64,000 bases of DNA from Dehalococcoidales bacterium (GCA_020342155.1 CP070842.1:204183-268182); one strand, 5' to 3'. Counted from the first letter of the stretch, positions 9,990 to 19,544 are shown. A program made the numbers and translations. Notes: generated by a model from the letters alone, not told the origin.

Positions 9990-10594
9990 TATTCCCCCCT
10001 GGTAAAAACGATGTTCTCGTGTCGAGGAGTATACCTTTCTTCTCTGACTTCCCACTCGGAGCGGAGCAGACTTAAAAACCACTCATCGCGCCACTCACCC
10101 CGCTTGAAGACATGCGACCTCAAGGTGCCGTCCACGGAAAAGCCGTTCTTCTCCAGCACCTTACGGCTAGCCACGTTGCTGGTGAACACGGTAGCATAAG
10201 CCCTGGCCGCATCAAGATGCTTGAAAGATAGGTGACAGACAAGCCGGACAGCCTCGGTCATGTAGCCCTGGTTCCAGTACGGAACACCAAGCCAGTAGCC
10301 GATTTCCGCCTGCCGGGGGTGCCGGGGAAACCGGGGATTTATGCAACCGAGTAGTCCGGACGCATCGACACGTTCGATAGCAATGCTGTAGCTCTCACCA
10401 GATTTCAATTCGCCCTCCAAACGGTCATAAGCCTCGGCTATCTCTGCTTCACTGGTTGGCCCATCCCAGACCAGATTAGAGAGTACGGCGTCATCAACGA
10501 GCAGACGATAAGCATCCGCAGCATCGCTCTCCTTAATCGGGCGAAGTCTGACTCTCTCACCAACCAGCTCAATATGTTCCAAGCCTACAGGCAT
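9989..10594 (-). CDS. GNAT N-acetyltransferase, RimJ/RimL-like
   Basis: 201 aa with RLRPI..., WNQGYMTEA and KVLEKNGF patterns. Confidence 0.65.
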   Translation of the reverse strand: MPVGLEHIELVGERVRLRPIKESDAADAYRLLVDDAVLSNLVWDGPTSEAEIAEAYDRLEGELKSGESYSIAIERVDASGLLGCINPRFPRHPRQAEIGYWLGVPYWNQGYMTEAVRLVCHLSFKHLDAARAYATVFTSNVASRKVLEKNGFSVDGTLRSHVFKRGEWRDEWFLSLLRSEWEVREERYTPRHENIVFTRGE

Positions 10595-12211
10595 TCAGTC
10601 CCAGAGCTCCTCGATGTCTTTTTTCGTCTGTCGACCTTTATCAGCACCAATAAAGCCCTGGTAAGACTCCGCCGAGCCGTACTCCCTCGTCCTGATTGGC
10701 ACGGGCATCGGTACGGCGTGACCGAAGATAAGGGCCTGCTGCTTCGGTGCCAGCCTGGCCAGGACCGACTTCAGTTCACTTTTACCGGAAACACCGGCGA
10801 GCACGCTGTCGATATCCTTTTCGTTATCGAGCAGGCAGGTTATTTTGGTACCAAGCTGTGACATCACCTCTTCATCGATACCGCTCGGTCTCTGGTCGAT
10901 TACCAGCAGACTGACGTTATATTTACGCATCTCGCGGGCAATCGTGCCGAAGATAGCCCGACTGGCTACCTCGGGATTGAGGAACTTGTGGGCCTCCTCG
11001 ATGGTTATCACCAGCGGGTTGGGCGGGGCAACGTCTTCGCTCATGGAGCGCTCCATCCGCTCCTGATAGCGGGCGTAGATGCGCCGGGCGAGCATGTTAG
11101 CTACCAGTACATAGGCAGTGATATCCCGGTAGCGACCGAACTCCAAGACGACATTCATGCCCTTATCGAGATAGCCCAGCAGTGTGTTTACGGCATCCAC
11201 CGGTGCGTGCGGCTCGATGAAGGACAGCCGACTGATGGTCTGTAAGCCGCGCCGCAGACTCTGGAAGGTGCTCTCGTGGATATTCAGCTCTTTAATTAAC
11301 TCCTGTGTATCTTCCGATTCGCCTACATCGAGGGTGCGCTGAATCCACTGCCTGCCGAATCGACGGCGTAACTGGTAGGAGGCCTCCACTGCCAGGTCGG
11401 TGATATTCAGGGTCTGGCGCAGTAGCACCATGTCCTCCGGCTCGATTTCGTCGTAACCAATCTTAACCACGAAATCTGTACTGACCCCGCGACGTTTTGA
11501 GTTCTCCGGGTCAAGGGTAAAGACCGCTACCTTCTCCGGGAAGAGCTGCTTTAATGCCTTGACCTTACGCCGCCCCTCTTCGCTGCTCCCCTCCCAGCCG
11601 TACTCATTATGCATATCGAAAATAAGGTTGACCGCCTGGCTCTTCTGGAGCATGCCGATGAGCAGAATGCGGGTAAGGAAAGTCTTGCCCGTGCCACTCT
11701 TTCCAAAAATACCATTGGAGCGTTTAGCGAACTCGGGCAGGTCGAGGCAGAGCTTGGTTTCCATGTCCAGGGGATTACCGATAAAGAAGCGATTTGCGTC
11801 CTCCTCACCGAAGACCAGGTTCATGTCAGCGTCCGAAGCCAGGCTGACCGTCGAGAAGTGACTGGGCACGGTCTTCACCGGCTGGGGCCCCTCAATCAGA
11901 CTGGCAACATCACCGCCGATAGTCAGCATCGGCAGGACATGGATGGTACCATAGGTGGCCGTGCCGTTGAGCACTTCGGAGAGGAAAGGGTCGGCGGTGT
12001 CCGGGGGGTTGATGATGAGCTGTGGGTCGGTCACACCCAGGCTGATATCGGTAATCATGCCGAAAAAGCGCCTCTGTCGGCCTTCAATGGTAACGTAGCG
12101 CCCGACCACCATCTCCTCGACCGAGGCCGAGCTGTCCAGCCTGACCTCTACCCCCTTATCCACCGAACCAGAGACAACGATACCAAGTGTCTTAACTATT
12201 TCTTCGCTCAT
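10595..12211 (-). CDS. HerA-like (DUF87/FtsK-HerA superfamily) ATPase with N-terminal HAS-barrel
   Basis: Walker A FGKSGTGKTF and Walker B-like ITIEEAH. N-terminal beta-barrel segment GIVVSGSVDKGVEVRL...VGRYVTIEG. ATG at 12211 with GGGAGGA upstream is preferred over the track start at 12289. Confidence 0.65.
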   Translation of the reverse strand: MSEEIVKTLGIVVSGSVDKGVEVRLDSSASVEEMVVGRYVTIEGRQRRFFGMITDISLGVTDPQLIINPPDTADPFLSEVLNGTATYGTIHVLPMLTIGGDVASLIEGPQPVKTVPSHFSTVSLASDADMNLVFGEEDANRFFIGNPLDMETKLCLDLPEFAKRSNGIFGKSGTGKTFLTRILLIGMLQKSQAVNLIFDMHNEYGWEGSSEEGRRKVKALKQLFPEKVAVFTLDPENSKRRGVSTDFVVKIGYDEIEPEDMVLLRQTLNITDLAVEASYQLRRRFGRQWIQRTLDVGESEDTQELIKELNIHESTFQSLRRGLQTISRLSFIEPHAPVDAVNTLLGYLDKGMNVVLEFGRYRDITAYVLVANMLARRIYARYQERMERSMSEDVAPPNPLVITIEEAHKFLNPEVASRAIFGTIAREMRKYNVSLLVIDQRPSGIDEEVMSQLGTKITCLLDNEKDIDSVLAGVSGKSELKSVLARLAPKQQALIFGHAVPMPVPIRTREYGSAESYQGFIGADKGRQTKKDIEELWD

Positions 12212-12239
12212 GTCCTGTATCCTCCCAGACCGTGCCAAT

Positions 12240-12791
12240 CTACGGTAAAGGGTAAAATGCTTCGACACCCTCCTGAGGTGGTCGGGCATTCCTCATACGA
12301 ATAATCGAGAACTGAAGGGTGGAATGGATAACCGCCTCACGCAGCTCCCAGAGTGATGCCGTAATACGTAACTCAACACTATACTCCAGCAGTGCCATGA
12401 GGATATCATCGATTTTAGTCTCAGAAAGTGGCACCACCTCCTGACGTGAGATATAGTAACCGGCCCCCTCATCAAGCACGGTAAAGCTGGCTGGATCGAG
12501 TTCGTATTTATAAAGACTCTGTCGCTGGATTTCCGGCAGCCAATAACTCTCGATAGCTATCACGTACCGGGCCCCGCCCGGCCCGATAAGTCTCTCCACG
12601 TCAACCGGGTCACTCTGCTCAGTGGCGTAGAAGGTGACCCTGGGACAGTCCCGCGGCAGTAGATAGTTGTGCAAATGGTCTTCGTCCACGGCCCAGACGA
12701 CATCATCCTTTACATCGACACTGGGATGGGGGACGTGTCGGGGCTCGAAAAGCCTAATGCCTGGCTGGTCACTGATGTGGTATAGTCTCAC
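12240..12791 (-). CDS. conserved hypothetical protein (resembles DUF6886-type proteins, from memory)
   Basis: 183-aa ORF MRLYHISDQPGIRLFEPR...LLPRDCPRV. No catalytic motif recognised. Immediately upstream of herA-like and co-directional. Confidence 0.4.
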   Translation of the reverse strand: MRLYHISDQPGIRLFEPRHVPHPSVDVKDDVVWAVDEDHLHNYLLPRDCPRVTFYATEQSDPVDVERLIGPGGARYVIAIESYWLPEIQRQSLYKYELDPASFTVLDEGAGYYISRQEVVPLSETKIDDILMALLEYSVELRITASLWELREAVIHSTLQFSIIRMRNARPPQEGVEAFYPLP

Positions 12792-12857
12792 CCGTCCGCT
12801 CCCTCAGTGCAGTCACGAATTTTCCTGTATTATATCTTAATTCAACCATACAAACCC

Positions 12858-13631
12858 TCACAGACCGAGACACGCCTCAACGGAAAGCCAGAATATCTTC
12901 TCCTGAATAGACAGCCTATCATCAACGTACCTCGGGGCCCATTCTTCGCCGCTGACATCATCGCCGGCAGCCAGATACTGGCCGAACACCACGTCCCTGA
13001 ACCTGGCGACAGCCAGAAAAGCGGAGCACTCCATCTCCACGGCGATGCACCCTTCCAACTTTCTTTTACTGACCTTGCCCTTCGTTTCCCTGAAAAAGGC
13101 ATCGGTCGTCCAGGTCTTACCAATTTCATAATTCACATGGTGTTTTTGAACTACCGCTTCCAGCCGCTGGACAACCTCCGGGTCTGCCTCAATCTCCCGG
13201 GACGGTGCAAGGTAGTGATAAGAAGTACCTTCGTCCCTGACGGCGGAGCTGGGTATTACGATAGCCCCTCTTTGAAGTTCAGACTTGAGGACTCCGGCAG
13301 AACCGCAGGCAACGAACTTCCGGCAACCGAGGGCAATCAATTCCTCCATTATGGCAGCCGCAAATGGAGCACCCACACCCGGATGGGCAACCGTGACATA
13401 TTTGCCTTCAAACTCCAGCTTATACACCTCAATAGGTACCAGAGACGTGTAGAGCTCACTGACTCTCTCCAGCCTGCCATCCGCCTCCAGTTTCTCAAGC
13501 AGAGAGCCGTATATCGGCATAACACAATGCTCGGGTAGGTCTAATCTCTTGAGAAGTGCGGCCGGTTCGATGATTGCCTCGCACTCGCTATCAAATTCGA
13601 TTAACGGTACATCCTGCATTATTAGTCCCAC
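12858..13631 (-). CDS. nucleoside phosphorylase family protein (PNP_UDP_1 fold)
   Basis: GVGAPFAAAIMEELIALG..., SAVRDEGTSYHY and VEMECSA patterns typical of uridine/purine nucleoside phosphorylases. Confidence 0.65.
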   Translation of the reverse strand: MGLIMQDVPLIEFDSECEAIIEPAALLKRLDLPEHCVMPIYGSLLEKLEADGRLERVSELYTSLVPIEVYKLEFEGKYVTVAHPGVGAPFAAAIMEELIALGCRKFVACGSAGVLKSELQRGAIVIPSSAVRDEGTSYHYLAPSREIEADPEVVQRLEAVVQKHHVNYEIGKTWTTDAFFRETKGKVSKRKLEGCIAVEMECSAFLAVARFRDVVFGQYLAAGDDVSGEEWAPRYVDDRLSIQEKIFWLSVEACLGL

Positions 13632-13644
13632 AGTTTCCGATTAT

Positions 13645-14106
13645 TTACTCCAAATCCCATCTATACCGGCATTTCTGCCTGTCGCCTGCTCGATACATAT
13701 CTGTATCCTCCGGCAGGTCGACGATTTCGATAAATTCACAGCCTAAAATCTCGCAAGTGCGGCGTGACGGCAAGTTGTCCGGGTTACAGGTTATCCATAA
13801 CGTCTTAAGTCCATGGTCGAGGGCAACCTGCCTGATGAGACTACAGGCCCTGGACGCGTAGCGATGACCGCGGTACTCCTCATTAACACCATATCCGATA
13901 TGACCACCATACATCACCAGATGTCTGGTATTCCCGACACGCAGACTGACACCTCCGATTGGCTCGGGTTTGCCCGGCAGACGGACGTCGAAACGATATT
14001 CCGGTACAAGCCCCCTCTGCTCATTACCGGGGTACCTCGCTCTGACAACGACCTCAATCTCACCGTCGGTGAACGGTCGATAATCATTGAATTCAAAATC
14101 GCTCAT
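13645..14106 (-). CDS. GNAT family N-acetyltransferase
   Basis: YRGHRYASRA acetyl-CoA motif region. ATG at 14106 overlaps the upstream stop as ATGA. Confidence 0.55.
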   Translation of the reverse strand: MSDFEFNDYRPFTDGEIEVVVRARYPGNEQRGLVPEYRFDVRLPGKPEPIGGVSLRVGNTRHLVMYGGHIGYGVNEEYRGHRYASRACSLIRQVALDHGLKTLWITCNPDNLPSRRTCEILGCEFIEIVDLPEDTDMYRAGDRQKCRYRWDLE

Positions 14107-14957
14107 GACTCCCAATCCGGTGAGGGACACAATCTCTCATCATTCTTGTAGAAAGCACGTATCTTAGAGAAGGCCTCGTCACCTGCCAAGGTAAGTGCCG
14201 CAACACGGTCCATCTCCTCCATGTATCGCTGAGACAGTTCTTCCTGTTTGGGCTCCTCTATCATACCCCACCCGTCCCACGGTAGAAGCTCTATTTTGTT
14301 CAACGAGAGCAGGTCACGCACCAGATTCCCGGCGATAAACCACAGGCCCCACATATCGAAAATACCAAATATCTGAGGGTCGGCCTTACCGGCACGGCAT
14401 AACTGCCACGCCTTACCTGCCGATAGGAACTTACCTTCAGGCATATTGTATGTGTTGAAGGTGATGCCAAGAGCGTTACGCTGGAACTGGTCAATCTGAG
14501 CATCAACCGTCACCCATCTTGCTTCGTCGGCCTTCCAGTACTGACAGGTCCAGTGGTCAACGGATTTGCCTGGTTCAAAGTATGTACCGAAGCCACAGCG
14601 AGCGCGGGCAGGTACACCCTGGTGCCGCAGGAATGCCGTCAGGAATGTTGAGTAATCACGGCAGGTGCCAACTACCCGCTTCTCAAGCGGGCGAGCTACT
14701 GTCAGGGGACTGTCATCCAGTTCCATTATTCTCGCCAGTTGCCGTGTTATCTTACGCAGGCTGTTTTCCCGTTCGCGCTCTTTCGAGATTTGCATACCGT
14801 ACCGCTCCGCCCAGTGAGTATGGAGTATCAGCCCCTGCACAACCTCACAAAACGAAGGAATATCTGTCGGCAGCCCATCGAAGAGATGCCGGTATTCCCC
14901 GGGGTCGGTCATAACGCTGTGTGTAGCGTAGTACTGCAGTAAGTCATTAGCTTCCAT
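14103..14957 (-). CDS. transglutaminase-like cysteine protease-fold protein
   Basis: GTCRDYSTFLTAFLRHQGVPAR (Cys), DHW (His) and VTVDAQ (Asp) give a TGase core triad pattern. ATG at 14957 with AAAGGAGGAG upstream is preferred. Confidence 0.6.
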   Translation of the reverse strand: MEANDLLQYYATHSVMTDPGEYRHLFDGLPTDIPSFCEVVQGLILHTHWAERYGMQISKERERENSLRKITRQLARIMELDDSPLTVARPLEKRVVGTCRDYSTFLTAFLRHQGVPARARCGFGTYFEPGKSVDHWTCQYWKADEARWVTVDAQIDQFQRNALGITFNTYNMPEGKFLSAGKAWQLCRAGKADPQIFGIFDMWGLWFIAGNLVRDLLSLNKIELLPWDGWGMIEEPKQEELSQRYMEEMDRVAALTLAGDEAFSKIRAFYKNDERLCPSPDWES

Positions 14958-15083
14958 GATTATCTGCTCTCCTCCTTTAAGCGTGGACAAAAGACCGATA
15001 CCAAAGGATAGCCGTTTTTACGGCTGTGAGCAAGCTGAATTACAGCTCATATGGGACATCATTCCTGTTTGGTAATGACGGCT

Positions 15084-15160
15084 CCATCCCCTGTATCCCC
15101 TTCCCCTCTGGGGAAGGGGAATATGTGGTAAGAGGGTCTGGCGCCCCTCTTTTGCTCTCC
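15084..15160 (+). repeat. composite GC-rich double-hairpin repeat, copy E1
   Basis: CCCCTTCCCC-tct-GGGGAAGGGG followed by AAGAGGG-tctggcgc-CCCTCTT. Same module order as copies at 21738 and 48842. Confidence 0.8.
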
Positions 15161-15213
15161 TTCAACAGTGCTCAGGAGTTTAGGCTATATGTCACCAGTG
15201 ATACAAAGGTCGA

Positions 15214-16494
15214 CTATGGCCGCTGAGGCCAGCAGCAATGCTTCGCCTTACGCCCGCTGCCACAGGGGCATGGGTCGTTCCGTCCGATACCTCTCCAGCG
15301 AATCAGCGACTCGGCTCGTAGTTCGGCCATGATAGCCTCGGGACTCAGCCCCCGTCTCTTTCGCTCCATGACCTGTCTCAACGGCTGTTCAGCATGAGCG
15401 AAGAACTGTTGTAGACCACTGCAGAGGTAGTTGAGCCCAGGTTCGCCATCCTCTGTTAACGTAAATCGATCCTTAGGACACCCTCCATTGCAGACCATGA
15501 GCCATGAACAAGAACGACACTGTGCTGGCAGCCGGTCTCTTTTATCGTCACCAAAACGGCGCTGGACTGGTGCATCGACCAATGCACTCAATAAGGAGGT
15601 CTCTAGATCGCCGATACAGTGCTCCGGAGTAACAAAGTGGTCGCATGCATATATACTACCGTCGTGTTCAATGATGAGCGCCCGTCCACAGGTCGGGGCC
15701 ATCCAGCACAAGCTAGAGAACCCTCCTGACCATACCAGCGACATCTCGGCGAATAACTGCACATCCAATCTTCCGAGATCGTGGTGTATCCATTCGTCGA
15801 AAACCGTACAGAGGAAATTCCCATACGCCTCACCTGTCACAGACTCCGGTGTTACCTGTCCGTCCGTTGCACGTCGAACGATGGGTATGAATTGAATCCA
15901 TCCGGTGTTGAGATCCCTGAGCGCTCGGTAGACGCTAACGGGTTCTTTTGCTGCTGTGGACGTAACCACACATATCAGGTCGGGCTGGATACCGTGGGCT
16001 TGCAGACGACGGACAGCTTCGATCGCATGTTCATATGTACCACGACCGCTATGGTCTTTACGGTATGCATCGTGCAACCACCGTGTGCCATCTATACTCA
16101 GCCCCACATCAAATTTAGCATCTGCCAGAAAGGAGCACCACTCGTCATCGAGAAGAATGCCATTGGTCTGAAGATTGTTCCAGCAAGACCACCCCTGGGG
16201 GAGGTAGCGTCTCTGCAGTTCCACGGCATGCCGATAGAAGTCAAGTCCAGCTAGCGCTGGTTCACCGCCATGCCAGACAAAGTGAACAACAGGCCCCGGG
16301 CTGCCCGCTATATACTGATGGACGTACGTCTCAAGCAGAGCGTCCGACATTCGGAATGAATGTGGCTGTGTGTAGAAACGCGCCGTCTCAAGATAATAAC
16401 AGTAACTGCACTCCAAGTTGCAGACTGGACCGACTGGTTTGGCCATGACAACGAACGGTTCGCTACTCGATGTCGTCGTCCTTGGGGCTTCCAC
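15214..16494 (-). CDS. radical SAM/SPASM maturase (anaerobic sulfatase-maturating-enzyme-like) with C-terminal SEC-C motif
   Basis: CNLECSYCYY radical SAM cluster, C-terminal CRSCSWLMVCNGGCPKDR SPASM pattern, and terminal DPCPCGSGRKAKHCC SEC-C zinc motif. Start is uncertain (GTG 16494 or ATG 16446). Confidence 0.7.
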   Translation of the reverse strand: MEAPRTTTSSSEPFVVMAKPVGPVCNLECSYCYYLETARFYTQPHSFRMSDALLETYVHQYIAGSPGPVVHFVWHGGEPALAGLDFYRHAVELQRRYLPQGWSCWNNLQTNGILLDDEWCSFLADAKFDVGLSIDGTRWLHDAYRKDHSGRGTYEHAIEAVRRLQAHGIQPDLICVVTSTAAKEPVSVYRALRDLNTGWIQFIPIVRRATDGQVTPESVTGEAYGNFLCTVFDEWIHHDLGRLDVQLFAEMSLVWSGGFSSLCWMAPTCGRALIIEHDGSIYACDHFVTPEHCIGDLETSLLSALVDAPVQRRFGDDKRDRLPAQCRSCSWLMVCNGGCPKDRFTLTEDGEPGLNYLCSGLQQFFAHAEQPLRQVMERKRRGLSPEAIMAELRAESLIRWRGIGRNDPCPCGSGRKAKHCCWPQRP

Positions 16495-16658
16495 TGGTAC
16501 TCTGCCTACCTTTCTTGTGACACAAACGTCCCAAACATGTTATCAGTATGAACTGGAATTCCCTGTTTCCTTCGCACCCGGACTGATCCGATGGGAGAAA
16601 TGAAATGCCTGCTTGATAACTGTTCTGTATTAACCAGTAACACCTGTCTCAGTACAGG

Positions 16659-17426
16659 CTAACTCCGTAGATGCTCCCCAAAGAACTCAAAGACCTTATT
16701 CCACGCATCCATTGCCTGCGTCGGCCGGTAGCGGTCGGTATGATAATACCAGAACCCGTGACCTGCACCATCATAACGATGGAAGGTGAAGTTCTTTCCG
16801 TATTTCTTAAGCTCTTCTTCGTGCTGGTTCACCTGCTCCGGCATAGGCGACTGGTCGTCGTTACCAAATATGCCCAGAAGAGGGCAACCCAGTTTCTCAG
16901 TAAGGTCAATAGGGGCAACAGGTCGGGCTGGTGTCAGGGTTTCTTTTGAAGCGATAACCCCACCACCCCAGCAGTCGACGGCGGCATTGAGACCTTCGAT
17001 CCGGCACGCTGCCAGAAAGGCGTGGCGACCGCCGGAGCATGTACCTATTACTCCAACTTTGCCGTTGGAGTAAGGCAGAGCTTTGAGGTAGTTCATGGCG
17101 CCTTCACAATCCCCCATTACACTGTCATCCGGAACACCACCCGCCTCACGGGCTTTAGCAGCCATTTCCTCCGGTGTCCCGTGCCCGAACCGACAATTAA
17201 TATCGGGGCAGATGGCAAGATACCCATGCTGTGAGAACCTCCTGGACATTTCACGGTAAAGTTCGTCCCATCCGGGCATATGAGGGATAAGAATAATCCC
17301 GGGGAATGGGCCCTCTCCCAGTGGGCGTGAAAGATAGGCATGTATGAGGTCACCGTTATGCCCTGCCATTGTAACTGTCTCAGCCAGCATCCCTTCGTAC
17401 TCATCAGTCTTTAGCTGGTTCCACAT
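16659..17426 (-). CDS. dienelactone hydrolase family protein
   Basis: 255 aa alpha/beta hydrolase with GVIGTCSGG nucleophile elbow and C-terminal GAGHGF. Confidence 0.7.
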   Translation of the reverse strand: MWNQLKTDEYEGMLAETVTMAGHNGDLIHAYLSRPLGEGPFPGIILIPHMPGWDELYREMSRRFSQHGYLAICPDINCRFGHGTPEEMAAKAREAGGVPDDSVMGDCEGAMNYLKALPYSNGKVGVIGTCSGGRHAFLAACRIEGLNAAVDCWGGGVIASKETLTPARPVAPIDLTEKLGCPLLGIFGNDDQSPMPEQVNQHEEELKKYGKNFTFHRYDGAGHGFWYYHTDRYRPTQAMDAWNKVFEFFGEHLRS

Positions 17427-17619
17427 GGTTTCCCTCCCTAAATCATATGAATATTATAGGAGCCTTTTCGTTAAACTGATTTTACACCCACTTGTAGTAT
17501 GGTACAAGACATTCCAGCTTTAGATCATTATGTGGTAACAATTCTCCAGGAATGTTCAATCCCATTCCCAGCTAATAATTACCCATTTTATTATTGTGAG
17601 TAGGGCTTCTGATCTACTT

Positions 17620-17662
17620 AAATAAAGAATAGGGGCGTGTCTTAGTTAAAGAGACACGCCCC
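17620..17662 (-). terminator. rho-independent terminator downstream of the AraC-family gene
   Basis: Perfect 11-bp stem GGGGCGTGTCT/AGACACGCCCC (17632-17642 and 17652-17662). On the minus strand it is followed by TATTCTTTATTT. Confidence 0.6.
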
Positions 17663-17679
17663 CGGAACTATAAATAAAA

Positions 17680-18687
17680 CTAGAGCGGTTTTACCGGAAT
17701 AACGATATCGAAGATGTGTTTCTTCTCCGGGTGTTCCTCCGGATTGTTGAGGTATAGCTCGTAGGAAGGGCCATCAGCAGGCTGATAGCCGCTCTCAGGA
17801 AACCAACCCCCAAAGACTGCTTCCCAGGCATCAGGGTATTTATCGGGGCTGATTTCGAACCGTGCCATGGCATACTTACCGCCGGGAATCGTCATCTTAC
17901 CGACTTCCCCTTCAACCGGTGTATTTTCGGGAACGCTGATGCCGACACTCACCCGGAGTTTATTCGGGTCTGTTATGTTTGGGTCGTCATGATATGCACT
18001 CAGCATCTTGGTTTCGGGAAAGTTGAACAGCCCCCTTGGTCCCGCCCACTTTATTATCTTTTCCCAGAGTCTGCCAAACAGCTCTACGTCCCCTGCGTAA
18101 GGACCGACGTGACGAACATATGCCATATGAAACTCAGGGATATCCCTCACCTCGACCTCGGCTTTGAGATTGCTTTCACCTTGCATGGTCACCCTCCATT
18201 TCTGATTTTGAATATCAACCTCAGTATAGTAGGAGGGAATACCAGAGTCTTTACCGTTCTTGTCAGGCGGTTGACGTATTTTGCCGTCCATTTGACGAAT
18301 CTTGCCTTCCTGGAGATAGCCACCGGTACGCCACTGGCTGGCACTCATACTAAAATACTCCCGGAACGCCCGGGCAAACGTGGTCGGTCCTGAAAAGCCA
18401 CAGTCGAGGGCAATCTCGGTAACTGACTTCTTTGGGTTGTTGATTAACTGAGAAGCGGCTTTTTCCACCCGAATCCTTTGTATGAATGCATTCAGGGTCT
18501 CGCCTACCATTGCGCCGAAGATACGATGAAAGTAGAAAGGGGAGAAGCTGGCAACCCGGGCCAGGTCTTCCAGAGTGAGGTCCTCATCAATGTGGGTCTC
18601 GATGTAATCAAGGACACGATTTATACGAGAGACGTACTCCTCGCGGAGGTATTTCTTTCGGCTGTCACTTGCCCTTGATTCAGCCAT
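17680..18687 (-). CDS. AraC family transcriptional regulator with GyrI-like effector-binding domain
   Basis: N-terminal HTH_AraC (LEDLARVASFSPFYFHRIF...). C-terminal half is GyrI/SOUL-like. Confidence 0.75.
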   Translation of the reverse strand: MAESRASDSRKKYLREEYVSRINRVLDYIETHIDEDLTLEDLARVASFSPFYFHRIFGAMVGETLNAFIQRIRVEKAASQLINNPKKSVTEIALDCGFSGPTTFARAFREYFSMSASQWRTGGYLQEGKIRQMDGKIRQPPDKNGKDSGIPSYYTEVDIQNQKWRVTMQGESNLKAEVEVRDIPEFHMAYVRHVGPYAGDVELFGRLWEKIIKWAGPRGLFNFPETKMLSAYHDDPNITDPNKLRVSVGISVPENTPVEGEVGKMTIPGGKYAMARFEISPDKYPDAWEAVFGGWFPESGYQPADGPSYELYLNNPEEHPEKKHIFDIVIPVKPL

Positions 18688-19285
18688 CTTCGGGCACGAT
18701 CCTCCCCAGAATCGCCCTCAGCCGACTGAACTCGCTGCTGAGGAGTACCGCCAGTTCTCGGCCCGCCGCTTTCAAAAAAGTCTGTTTGTCCTCTTGTGCC
18801 TGGCTCATCTGACGCAGCGTAGCCGCGACAAGCTCCTCAACAGAGACCGGCAGCGAGGTATTGAGCAGAAGGTTGAGAAAATCGAACGACTGGCTGAATT
18901 CCTTCACCCGCTCTGATGGACAGAGGTAAACAAAGCTGTGGATGCGGGCTGGTTTTGGTGGCAGGTACTGATAGATAGCCTCACCACCACCATGCCCGAC
19001 CACCAGGGCGTTGAACTCGCTACGTAGAAGCTTTTCAAGCTGCGGGCTGGACTTATAGATTTCTTCTTCGGAAGCCTCGTCTTTACCGCGGGCAATGGGA
19101 CGTCGTCCCGGCTCGACGCTGGCGGTGGTGGCGTGATAGACGATGCCAAACATCTCCAGAGACGTATCCCCCACACTCACCAGGCTACCCAGCGGCGGCA
19201 GCTCGTAGAGCTCGTAGCACTCAGCGACGAATTCGGTGGTACTGGCCTCGATTACCTCGCCGACCCTGTCTGATAACTCAGGCAT
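18680..19285 (-). CDS. hypothetical protein with N-terminal HAS-barrel-like segment
   Basis: 201 aa. RVGEVIEASTTEFVAECYE...LGSLVSV resembles the small beta-barrel at HerA/F1-ATPase N-termini. No P-loop. Stop overlaps the AraC start by 8 nt. Confidence 0.4.
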   Translation of the reverse strand: MPELSDRVGEVIEASTTEFVAECYELYELPPLGSLVSVGDTSLEMFGIVYHATTASVEPGRRPIARGKDEASEEEIYKSSPQLEKLLRSEFNALVVGHGGGEAIYQYLPPKPARIHSFVYLCPSERVKEFSQSFDFLNLLLNTSLPVSVEELVAATLRQMSQAQEDKQTFLKAAGRELAVLLSSEFSRLRAILGRIVPEDG

Positions 19286-19295
19286 TTCTTAGACC

Positions 19296-19367
19296 CTATT
19301 TCTTCTTCTCCTTCTTGTCCTTCTGCTGCTTGGGTTTCTTGATGTTTTTGCGTCCTTTGGTTCCCAT
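19296..19367 (-). CDS. candidate 23-codon highly basic micro-ORF (MGTKGRKNIKKPKQQKDKKEKKK)
   Basis: ATG at 19367 preceded by GGAAGGAGCTAAAA. TAG at 19296-19298, 10 nt upstream of the next gene start. Not in the ORF track because it is under 60 aa. Confidence 0.3.
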   Translation of the reverse strand: MGTKGRKNIKKPKQQKDKKEKKK

Positions 19368-19405
19368 TTTTAGCTCCTTCCAGCTACAGTCTGTAGACCA
19401 GCGAC

Positions 19406-19472
19406 CCTATCCCCCTTATTAGGGGAGAGGAGTTTTCTATGTATGAGGGGCTCCGCCCCTCTTTGACTCCCC
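19406..19472 (+). repeat. degenerate copy (E4) of the double-hairpin repeat
   Basis: CCCC-ttatta-GGGG followed by GAGGGGC-tcc-GCCCCTC, then ctttgactcccc tail as in the other copies. Confidence 0.6.
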
Positions 19473-19544
19473 TACCTAATATATGCCGCATAAAACCGAC
19501 ACGCACTAATTATTCCCTATACATGTACATAGACAAAAGAGAGC

